Positions 10,290 through 22,200 of a DNA stretch of 64,000 bases are shown here, in pieces. The stretch's first letter is position 1. Every line of letters begins with the position of its first letter. A program made the position numbers and the translations under genes. Under the pieces are notes generated by a model. It was not told the DNA's origin, did not search any database, and saw only the letters and a list, made by a program, of their open reading frames with translations. Origin of the DNA: Amoebophrya sp. A120 (lineage: Eukaryota; Protista; Dinoflagellata); assembly GCA_905178155.1 (NCBI GenBank), contig CAJINV010000003.1, forward strand, positions 4,029,253 through 4,093,252, read 5' to 3'.

Positions 10290-13200
10290 TCACTCCCCGA
10301 CGACTAAAGGCTTGAGCTTCTGCGCGAGGACGTCTTTCTTTTCGCGAAGCTCCTGGATCTGTGCCTCGATGGTCTGCATGCGGGACTGGAACTCCTCGCT
10401 GTATTGCCAAAGAATCACCGACTGTTGCTTGTTGATGTCGATTTTCTTCTCGGCGTTGTCGATCAGAATGTTCATCAGGCGGCGCTTTACCTTTGCCTCC
10501 AACACTTGGCGGAAGAGCTCGAGACGCTTACCGGCCTTCAGGATGTTCTTCTTGACCTGCAGCCACTCCTTCGCACTGGTGGGCTCTGGTATGGGTTGCT
10601 TGGAGACGTCGAAATTTTGTCTCACCTTGGTGATCACCTTGCCCCCCTCGCACGCCGTGAGCAGCGAGTCCAGGAGGAGTTCATGCAGCACAGCGATGCC
10701 GCCGTGCTCCACGTCTTCGGTCTTGTTGTCCTCCTCCGACTCTCCCGCCTTTTGCAGGCTGTTCTTCCGTACCTCCTCGTCGAGCTGCCGGTCGATGTTG
10801 CGGATCTCGCTGTGCGACAAAAATTCGGGCATCTGCAGACTCTCGAGCATTTCTTGGTTCTTGTTCTGCCCGGGCCGCTTCAGCTTCTTCTCGAGCCCCT
10901 GCTTGAAGCGGCTCAGACTCGTTTTGCTGTTCGTCATCGTCTTGCTCGCCTCCTCTTCCTCCGCCTCCGTCTTCTTCAGCGCGCCGACCACCTTGATCTT
11001 CTGGCCTGCCTCGCTGCTGGTCGGCGACCCTCCGCTGGGCGCGAGCACGATGTGCGGGTAGTACTCGTGGTATTTGCTCATGCCGATCTTTTTTTCCACG
11101 TCCTGCCGGATGTTTTTGGTGTTCGCGGCGCAGGCGTGCTCCATGCTGAGCTCCACGATCCCCCGCTTAAGATTTTCGTCCGCGATTTTTGCCGCGAGCC
11201 GTGCGAGTTCGGGGCGCTCGTAGAACCGCGCCCGTACATCCGCGTCTCCGGCCTCGCCAATACCGATTTCCAGTGCAGCCTCGTGATGGTCATGAGCTTG
11301 TTGTTCTGAGGGTGGGAAGCACACGCGGCAAAGTTCCTGCACGAGATCGGGATCCGTTTCCTGCCGTAGTGCGTCGGGGAGAACTATTTGATTCGCCGGC
11401 CCTTCCGGATGGTCGTGGTCACTTTTGTGGCCGCCACCGCCCCCGCTTTCCGCTCCCCCCGGCCCACCGAAGTCGGAAGTGGCGCCGCCTCCACCACCCC
11501 CACCTCCCGCGCCTTCGCCGTGCGCGGTCGTGCCACCCCCCGCGGGAGAGCCGGTACTACTGTGGTGGTGTGCGGCATAGACACTACGACCGGTTGTCGA
11601 CAAGCCGTCGAGCAGCAGCAGATGTCGGAGCATCTGCCACTTTTGCCAGAAGTGATCCCCCGTCGGCTCCATCACGGTGCTTTCATCCTGTTTACCCTTG
11701 CCCCGACCGAACAGCTTCACCACCGAAAGCAGCACCTTGTTCGAGGTGAGCGCGTTTTCGCAAAGCAGCGCCGCGTTGCGGAAGATGCCGTACACCTGCT
11801 TCTCCTCGCGGTGCACTTTCCAGGAGTACACCATCACGGCCAGAAATTGCTTACTCAGGATGAAGAAAAACGTCGACTGAAAAACCCAGAACAACACGTA
11901 CGTGAAGGTGTATTTCGCATCTGGTCGTTCGTTTTATTTTTCTTTTTGTTTTTCTTTTTGTGTACTACTAGTACTACTAGTACTAACTGGAGCGAAAGGA
12001 GAGAACGAATTTCTTCCTACTTGCTGTTGCTGCGCCTCCATGCTCATTGGTGTGCAAACGCGAGGGCTGTTGACGTGATGAAAGTGGGAAAAGGTCATTG
12101 ACCGCCGCAGCGAAAATGAAAATATAAAGAAAGTGCGGCAAAAATAAAAAAAGCACGTGGATACTATACCCAAAAGATCCTGCAAAGCAAAGACGTCGCC
12201 CATCATGAAGCGAAACAGGGACAGCACGGCTCGAAACGGGCTGGCAAACGACTCCAGGATGGTGCCGAACTGAAGGTGGAAGAGAATGGCGAAGCCCAGA
12301 AGCAGCATCAAGAGGACCAACGTGAATTTCGCCACTTGGTCGATGCAGCGCGCGAGGGCTTTCACCAGAGTGCCGATCATGCCCGTGCTGGACCGGTAGG
12401 AGATCTGGCAGGGAATCTCGAGCCCGTTGATGTAGTGCTCAAACCAGATTTTTGCCGCGAACGGGTCGCCGTTGGCCGCCGCTTCCTTGCGGGCGCGGTC
12501 GTATCAAATGTAAAAATGTCTGGGTCTGGAAGATTTTGACACTTGTCATGCACGTTTTGCATGAGCCATGATGTCTGTGATGCATACCCTAGCAATACAG
12601 ATTTTTTGAGGGCTTCTTGATGCCTATTCCGCATGACAAATGCCTTCTCAGCGTAGCAAAACGAGCACTCCCTTTGCTACTTCTGCAATACAGATTTTTT
12701 TGGAATCCAAATGCAGCATCACAATTTGCATTCTTCCAGACCCAGACATTTTTACATTTGATAGGTCGAGCAGCACCACCATGAGCACGTCGTTGATGTG
12801 GGTCACAATCCATCCGGGACGAACGCCGGCCGTCTCGGCAGCCCCGATGCCGCCGATGCGCGGGAAGGACTGGGTGCCTACCACCGGCTTCTCGATGCTG
12901 TCGTCCCAGATATAGTCGATTTCCTCCACCGGGTTCTCGTCCTGCTTGTAGTTCACGATAGCGGTGATTTCCCCGAAGTACTTGAGGATGCGCAAGGCCA
13001 GCAAGAAGGAGTTGATCGCGCTCCACGCCACGAACGTGCCCCACTGGCTCGCGGCTTCGGCAAACAGGTTCAACGTCTGCTGGTCTTTCCACTCGACGAC
13101 TGGGAAAATGTGTGGGAATTCAAAAATTATAGGCTTATTCAGGAATGCGAGCGATGCAGCGCCAGTGGCAAGATGAGACGGAGTGGGACGAGATTGCTCT

Positions 13201-16200
13201 GTTTTCATTCATGATCCCTGTTGTACTAATGAATTGGCGCAACTTCTACCGTGTGAATAAGGCGATGAATCGCCAGAACCAAAAGGACAATAAAGTATAA
13301 TTTTCCGTACTGCTCTCCCGGGACACGCGGTCCGCCCGTTGCTCGGCGGGTTTGTTGAGAATTTTCTCGTGTATTGGCGAGTGGACAAACTGCATCCAGG
13401 ACACAATCACCGCTATGTTGGCAATCGCGGAAATCGCGCTGACGTACTGGTAGCTGTCCTCCTGGAAAAAGTCGATCAGAAACCCGTAGAAGGGGCGGCC
13501 GAGCTCCTCCGAGATTTCTTTTTGCAGGAGCAGCTCCGTTATGGATTGTAAAAATGTCTGGGTCTGGAAGATTGCCAGGTTTGTCATGCACATTTTGCAT
13601 GACTCCTGATGCCTGTGATGCATGCCCTGGCATCACAGATTTTGTGAGGGCTTCCTGATGCCTATACCGCATGACAAATGCTCTTTCCGTGTAGCAAAAC
13701 TTGGCCTCTCTTTGCTGCCCATGCAATACAGATTTTTTTAGAATCCGAAATTAGCATGACAAGTTGCATTCTTCCGGACCCAGACATTTTTACATTTGAT
13801 ATCCGTGATCATGACGCCGAACGTGACCCAGATCACCAGAACCACGTATCCTGGGTAAAAACGTACCCACACCAGAGTCAAGATGGAAAATCTGCTAGAC
13901 AAATCGGCCAACTTTGCTTGTTTCGCATGACAAATTTGGACGCGTAGTGTAGTGCTGTTTGAGCTAGTTCAGCAGCATTACAGATCTAGTCTCTCATGCT
14001 GATTGGAGCATGACAAATTTCAAAACACCCTTAGAAAATGCTTCTCATGGGGCTCCGCATGACAAACATTTTAAGCATGCAGATTTGCATGACAACTATG
14101 GTGTGGGTACGTTTTTACTCAGGATACCACGTAGAGAAGCATCAACACGAAATTGACGTTCCTGTCGCTCAGCAGCGCCTCGGTGGTCCCCCCCGAAAAA
14201 AGGTGCGCGACGGGGAAGGAGGTGCTGGACAGGTGGGTGTCGATCTTGCCGCTGGCCTGCAAGGAAAAGACCGCGGTGTTGTAGGAGAACAGGTCGTAGT
14301 TTGCGTTGTACAACACCCAATCGAAGGAAAACTTTCGCGACTGCGTGGAAAACAGCCCGTCGTCCTGCAGCATGCGCAGCACGCGCTCGGCCTCGAGGCG
14401 GGTCTTGCCCAGTCCCACCACGTAGCCCTGGGTGGGGAGCTGCCGCTTCGGGTCTGTGGTGTCGAGGTCGTCGGTGCTCTTCGCGAGAACGTACTGCGTA
14501 CCCGTGTCCGCGCCGGTCACATTGTGGACGCCCATCCCCATCACCGTAGTCACGCCGTTCACGGACGCCGTCGCGGTGCCCGCGGAGGCCCCCGCGAGAC
14601 TGGGCGAGAGGAAGTCCACACAGCCGTCGAGCTCGGTTTCGTCCGAGTCGAACACATAGGGGTAACCCTGCTGCCACCGCACCGCCGGGTTCGGCTTGTA
14701 GCACGAGGGCTCGATGATCAGGCGGACGAAGTTGTCGGTGGTGAAAGACCCCAGATTCCACTGGCGCAGGCGGGGGGTGAACTCGTGCAGCGCGATGCTA
14801 TGGGAGTGTCAGAATCGAAATCGACAAAATCGAAAAACTTGTAATGCGTAAAATGTAGGGCGCGCGTGGCCTGTGTTGGGGAGCAGGCAAATGAGACCGA
14901 TTGCAAGCCTGTTTAGAGGAGGGCGATGTGCTGCCAGAGCAGCAGGACAGGAGCAGTCTTCTTTGCCCAAACAGCATGACAAACTGGATTTTTGTGCTCC
15001 CAAAATTTGTCATGCGCCACTTGAAAACTGAGGCTTCAACTGGTATCGATTTTGTGCATCACAAATTTTTCGACTTCGTCAATTTCGATTCTGACACTTC
15101 CATAGATGCTCGTGTTGGCGTACAGCGTACCCGCCACCTCGGACCGCTGTTCGTCGAGCGTCACGTCGAAAAAGTACCCGAGGGACATCACATTCTCCTG
15201 TCGCAGTGCGTCCACCACGGTCTGTTCGGCCAAGCCCGGCGTCCTCTTCAACGTCGCCCCCGCCGCGGATTCCAAAGAGGCGGGCGTGAAGTACTGGTGG
15301 GGATTATCATTTGTAAAAACGTCGCCACACCAGAGTCAAGATGGGAAATCTGCTAGACAAATCAGCCAGCTTTGGTCGTTTGGCATGACAAGTTTGCCCT
15401 CGTAGTGTAATCCTCTTTGGGTAGTTCAGCAGCATCACAGATCTAGTACATAATGCTGATTATCATTATAGCATCACAAATTCCAAAACACAAATGCCTC
15501 TCGTGACGCTACGCATGACAAACTTTTTATTTTTGGTATGCAGATTTGCATGACAACTGTGGGGTGGGGACGTTTTTACTCAGAATAGAGGTCCTCTAAA
15601 TTGTAGCCGACGCGCTGTCCGTTGTACAAGGCCCAGTTCTTGTGCTCCCGGGTCCGCGGGTGGCGGGCGTTCGACGTGGCCAGAATGTCGTGCGAGATTT
15701 CGCCACCCGCGTTGTCGTCGTTGAATGCGCTCTCCGCACGGCAGGACGACAGAGGACTGCCCTCGTTGGAGGACGTCACGCAGTGGTACATGTTGTCGAT
15801 GATGGCGGCCTTGGCCCAGTGCTCCACGTCGGCCATGGTGCGCACCCCGGAGCTCGCGAACGTGCGCTTCATGCTGGCCTCCACGGTTTCGTCGGGCTGG
15901 GTGTACCACTGCGCGCGCTCGAGGTCCGTCATGGTGGACAGCCGGTAGGCGAACGCGTCCGTGATGCGGCAGATGCGCGTGATGGCGATGAAAAACAGGG
16001 TAAACAGCGACGTGATCGCGAGGCAGTGCATGCTGCCGGGGTAGATTTCCGCCTTCTTTTGCGCGCGCAGCTTGCCGATCAGCTCGAAATTGAGCTTCTT
16101 GCTACCGCTGGTGGAGGCGTTCAGGGTCGCCATCATCTTCAACCGCTCGAAGAACTGCAGGTACTGGCCAATGTAGGCCACGGCATTCTTGAAAAAAATC

Positions 16201-19200
16201 TTCAGCGAGTCGATCTCCCCGTGCAGCTCGATCTCCTCGTTCAGAAACTTCACCTGCTTGTTGTACGAGGAGACGATGATCGACAGAAACATGTTGATCA
16301 AGACCAGCGCAAAGATCGCCATGAAAATCACAAACCACGCGATTGCGATCACGGGGGTCTGAGCGGAACCTGGCGATTGTACTTATCAAAAAATGCGGCA
16401 AGTTGTTGTAGAGAAAGCCAAAGCCCCGACAGCAAGTTCACACCAAGCAGCATTTTTCTCAAGAGAACCGCGCAATCAGTTTTTATTTCTACACGCTTTC
16501 GTCAAACAAGTGCCACCTCAAACGCAAACTCACCAAGTTACTCATATACGAAAAGTCACGTACTTCTGAGCTCCTTGAAGTCAAAGTCTCCCATGGTCAT
16601 GCGAAGGCAGGTGAGGAAGGCCTTGTACCAGGTGGAGAACATTTCGACGCTGCCGCCGAACTGCAGGTACCCCGATAGGGCAAAGCCGCAGAACAATAAC
16701 AGAAACAGAAAGAAGAAACAGGCCAGGCTGGCTTGTCCCTGCCCCAGGGATTGCAGCACCAGGCCCAAGTTCGGGCTCACCGCTGACATCAAGGTGAGCA
16801 GGCGGAGGAAGAGAAAGCATATGTTCACGGAGGCGACGCCGGCCACCGCCTCCGCGCGCTCCGAGAGAAACTGCAGCGACTTGATCTGCTTGATCCACTC
16901 ATCGGTGATCACGCGGTTGTCCTCCAAGTGCGCCAGGGGGAGGGTCAACGCCGCAAAGTCGTGGGACAGCACCAGGACCAGGTAGAAAATGATGGTGATC
17001 GCCGTGAAGCCGAGGGAGATGATCGCGAGCCAGGAAAGCGGCTTTTTCAGGTACTTCACCGGCCCGTCCGCGAAGTTGCTGTACTCGTCAATCACGAAGA
17101 AGCCGAACAGGACGAGCACGACGAGCTCGAGAAAGAGGCGGAAGTAGGTGATCGCGCGGTTGGCGTACAGGTTGAGCGTGAAGGGGACCGCGCTGAAGCT
17201 GGCCCGGACCAGCCCATTCGCCTGCATCTCGAACGCGAACGCGAGGTGGAGGAACATGTCCACGTTGCCGTTGAAGAAGGTCACCTCGGCGAGCAGGCTG
17301 GAGAACTTCACCTGGTCGAAGTAGTTCTGCTGTTTCATCTCCAACACCAAATTCTGGGCCCGTTGGAAGGAGAACTCGGGGTGCAGGTACTCGATGAAGG
17401 CCCCGGCGTTGGCGTAGCCGTCGTTCTCGGTGTACGGGGTCTTCCGGGTCGGCGCGAACACGGCCGTGTCTTCCACGGTGAGGTCGCTGTTGGTCACCGA
17501 GCCCGTGGGCTCCACTTTCACCATCTTGTAGCTCGACGAGAACCGGTCGTTCGAGAAGGGTTGCAGTTTCGATCGCTTCAGCGAAAACCGGACGAACAGC
17601 ATCTGGTTGAACTCCTGCAAACGCCGGTGCTGGTTTTCCCCCGTCTTCTTGCTGAGCAGCTCGGGGCAAAAAGAGGCGATGCCCTGCAGACCGGCGTGGA
17701 AGTCGTTCATGTATGCTGGCGTGTCCTCCGGGACCGCGCAGGCCAGGGACAGGTCGTCCACCCGCTTGTCAAATTTCCAGTCGTACTGCGGAAAGTCCAC
17801 CAGCGTGTCCCCCGTGCACAGGTCGTTTTCGTACGCGGTGCCGCCGGTTGCGGTCCGGTTCTCGCAAGCCTCGCAGCAGCCCGCGCCCGGCGTCCCCGTT
17901 GTCCCCATCCACAGATTGCAGTTCTGCCGCCCTCTGTGCAAAAACGGGTGGCAGGCCTGATGTGGACGAGACCAGAGATTTGTTCACTAACGGTTACAAT
18001 CAATGGATGGATTGGCATGTCATTGATGAATTGTACACAATGAGTACTACAGGGGTGGTCGTATGAACCAGAAGCAGAACAACCAGAGGAAAAGCAAGAG
18101 GTCGGGCGAAAATAAATGTGGCTTTTTGGATATAAGACCGGAGTGGCACTACAACAACCAACCTCGGGTCATTGTCTTTGTCATGAGTGCGACGACGTAA
18201 ACTAAAACAATGAAAGTATACTCGATACGTCGTCGGTGATCGAGGGTCCCTGGCCCATAAGGCAGCGGCTGTGCTTGGTGCAAAAGGTCGGATCTCCGTT
18301 CATCACCGATATGCCCTGGTACACGGCGGGCGTGAACACGCGGCGCAGCCAGATGTACACATCGTCCGCGGTGCGTATGTCGTCGAAGTATCGCTCGGGC
18401 CCGATGCTCCATGGCGTGTGGATGAAGCGCGGCACCAGGGTATTACAGTGAAAAGTGCCCCCATCCCCAAAGTCGCAAACATTTGTGATGCGAAGTTTCC
18501 AAATGAAAACTTTTTGTTATGCATGAAAGAAGTACGAATCTTTCTGATGCAGAGTCTGGGTGTGTATCGTATCGCTTGCATGAAAAGCGCCACTCTGGCT
18601 GGGGTCTTTTGCAATACACATTTTTGCTATTCACGATTGGAAATCTGTGATGCTGATAGATGCAAGAGGGCGAATGTTTCATTTGGAAAGTGTAAGCATG
18701 ATCAAGAATTTGTTCTTGACAAGCATCCCGATCTGAATTGACTAAATTGAAATCACGATGTAAATCACGATGCTACGATGATGATTCAAAATGAGGTCTC
18801 ATGCAAATCACGACGTTCATGAGAAGGAACAAAAATGGAGTTCACTCTAATCCCGCACTGTATACTAGTGACGATCAACGATTGTTGATCTGATATTTTT
18901 CATAAATTTAGGGTGATTAGAACAAATTTGAACTTTCATGTTTTACCCCCTTGACTGAGAACTCAAAATTTGTGTGTTGTCTGGAACGCTAAATTTTTCC
19001 CCACAGGCTGTGACGATAGTCACCATAGATTGATTGCGACTTAGAAACACTGAATCCCACCTAGATTCTGCTTGACATGCAAGATGGCCAGTGTTCACAC
19101 CGCCCGCGTTTCTTCGTCGTTGATTGTCTTCACACCGTGAAAATTCGGTTGACATTCTAACGGCACAGCCTTGAGCGCTGACACCAAGACACGACCAGTG

Positions 19201-22200
19201 CCAACACGACAACAACTACCAAGCCTGGTCCCCCCGCAACACGACAACACCTACCAAGCCAGGACCAGAACCAAACCACCAACCACACCAAGACCCGCAG
19301 GAAGGTACTAAAAGCACGAAGAAAAATAAAGAAAATTTTGAATTTTTGGTAGTGTTTTTGAATAGAATTTTTGTTTGAATTTGAACTAAAAATTTAGGCA
19401 AAATAACCCCCAGCCACCGAGTTCAAATCAACCAACAGTGGTGATTTGCTGCCGTGATATCAATTGCTGATACACGGTCAGAGGCTGTTTGAAAGTAAAA
19501 GAGAATTTGTAATCATACACCTACACAGGTGCAAGAGAGACAAAGCGACCAAAGGTGCGCGCTACGAAGCCCGTAACCTTTGCCGAAGCATCGAGCGAGG
19601 AACAAGACAGGTGCTAAAAGTGTACTTATTTTCGGTCTGTTTTCTAAAATCATTGGAAATTTTGAATGCGAGCACACATGGCAAGAGCACAAAAATCGCA
19701 TGTTAATCCTCCCCAACAAAAACTATTACAGTTTTGGGCGGCGGATTTAACGCACCGAGCAGCAGGCCGGTACAAGAGCAAGGACCCGACAGCAGGCCAC
19801 GAAAAAGGTACTGAATTACATCGGTTTTTGAAAATAGAAGTCTAAACGTAATTCTGATTTTGTCTGTAATTGCATCGTGAATTCAACAAGATGATCGCAT
19901 TTGAAATGCTGAATACCATCTGAATTCGATTGCAAATTTCTTGTACAGGTAGCCGCCTACGCGTGTACCGAGTACAACAGACGACACAACCGCGACGCGC
20001 GTGCTCATCGTGAAAAGATGGGGGCGCCGGGTGATGACCATCGTCCGAGCACTTCCGGCACCGTCGGAATGCTGTACGACGCGGAACACGAGGGAGAAAC
20101 TGGAAAGGACTTCCAGACGTTCAAGGGTAGCGTGATCGCTCAGGCGTTCTCGTTGAACATCGGTCCCCAGTTCAAAGAGGACTTAGAAGGAAAAGTCTGC
20201 ATGGACAAGTGGGATGAGGTCGATCAGTTAGCCTGCGACCAGTGGGTTGCTGACGGCAAACACGAAAACGACTTCTGGCCCACCTACACAACCGAAGTGC
20301 GCTCAGCTTACGCGAAGTTGTATGGTACAGTATTCAAATCCTTAACCGGAAAGGCCCGAGCCAAAGCTCAGGACATTCAGGAAGAGCCCGGGGCTGACGC
20401 GTGTGTAGTCTGGTTGATGCTTCAGATCAAGGAAAAGGCTAACCCGCAGACCGCCGGTGCCCGCCGCATGTTGATCAAGGAATATTTCAACAGCAAGCAG
20501 GGTGAAGATGAAACCGTGGAAGAACATATTGACAAACTGAAGAACTTCTGGAATTTCAAACTGGGCGCTAAAGTTACGGCCGAAGAGTTACGCTATCACT
20601 GTATCTTCGGGAACATGCGCGAGGAATTCGATGAGTGCAACAAGCGTGCCTTGGCTAATGGATTCAGTTTCGAAGAAACCAAGAATCATATGGTCGAGGA
20701 AGAACGCGCTCTGTCTAGCAACGGAGAGACCACGAAGCACAAAGCTAATCTGGTCCGCAACAAGAATTCTCGCAACCAGCATGGCCCGCGCCCGGATCAC
20801 GTTCAGAAGAACCGTGAGAAGCAGATGTTCTCCAATATGTTGAAGAAAGAGATGCCGAGTCTGATCCAGCAAGCCGCTGCGAATCTGATCGCGCAAAATC
20901 CGAACTTGACCCAGAATCACACTGCTGGTAGCAATGACGACAGTCATGCGGCCAATTACGCAGGAGATTCCAAGTGGTGTTCGAATTGCAATTCGGAATC
21001 CCACAACACCAAGGATTGCTGGTACAAAAACGGCAATAAGGTCAATAACAAGTCTTCCAATAAGAATTCCGGTAAGGGTAACAACACGAATACTGTTCGC
21101 AAGGGCAACGACAAGCCGAAGGGTGGAGGTAAGAAAGGAAAAGGAAAGAAGGGTAGGAAATACTGAGTCTTAGATGGTGTTTCGAAGAAAAGTAGCTTGT
21201 TACACAAACTACAAAAAGTAAGAAAACTATTCTTACGGCTGACGAAAACTCGATGTTATAATACAAATTATTCGCGATGTTTTTCAACTAAATTTTTAAC
21301 AAAAATACCCCCCCAAAAGAACCCCCCACAAAAAGAACAACCACCTGGTGATGAACCACCAGTGACTACAAGTCATTTTGAAGAAGATGAATGTGTGTTC
21401 GACAGCAAGCTTGACATCTTCAATCCAGATTCTTCATCATTAATCGATATGGATGATTTATTCTCGAATCTCGATAAGAATGAAGATGAAATTTGTACCA
21501 ATGATGCAGCTGGTCCAACGAGACAGCTGAAAGGAAAACGAAAAAGAGCAGAGCTGGAGCTTGCTGAGCAATTTGCAACCCCAGAGATGGCAAATATGAC
21601 ACAACAAGTCCAGGCTCTTGAGTCGACCGATCGCGAAATCCGTAAGATTTTATTTCCTCGATCTCATGTTTCGGATGCGTCCAAAGCCGAACGAGTTGAA
21701 AAATGCAATCTGTCACAAGATGCAGTATTTTCAATCGTAGCAAAAGAAAGCGAGCAAAATCATTCGCCCGAGTACACAGCAAGAAAGCTAGCACACCTCT
21801 ACAGCGTTCGCGAATCAGCATTGAGGAAGGTGCGCGAGGCGAACGATGCTCATCGGAATAAAAAGGACGAGCAGCACCGAAATCATGAAACAGCTTTTAA
21901 TTGTGTCGATGATGCAATTTGCGACAGTGGCGCAACAAGTCACATGTCGGGCCGACCAGAGATTTTCGAATCTTGGGACGACAGTAATCCAGTGCGAATA
22001 ACTGTAGCAGACGGAAAAGAGTTGGATGGCCCTGGATATTTTGGCACATTGAAACCAAACGCACTTGGTTGCAAGCGTGCAATATTCCATCCATTCCTTC
22101 CACAGACCCTCCTCAGTGTCGAGCAACTGAAGAAAGAAGGCTATAGAGTTGTTTTCGACGAAGGGGGCAACTACTTGCAAAGTAGGAAGACAGGAAAGAG

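Noticed and set aside
15642-18043. Long plus-strand ORFs (447 and 371 aa), and similar ones at 10404 and 41077
   Set aside because: Antisense shadows of GC-rich minus-strand exons.
19200-19300. Short repeats (acacgacaaca..taccaagcc) in the copia leader
   Set aside because: Ordinary low-complexity repeats in a retroelement 5' UTR.
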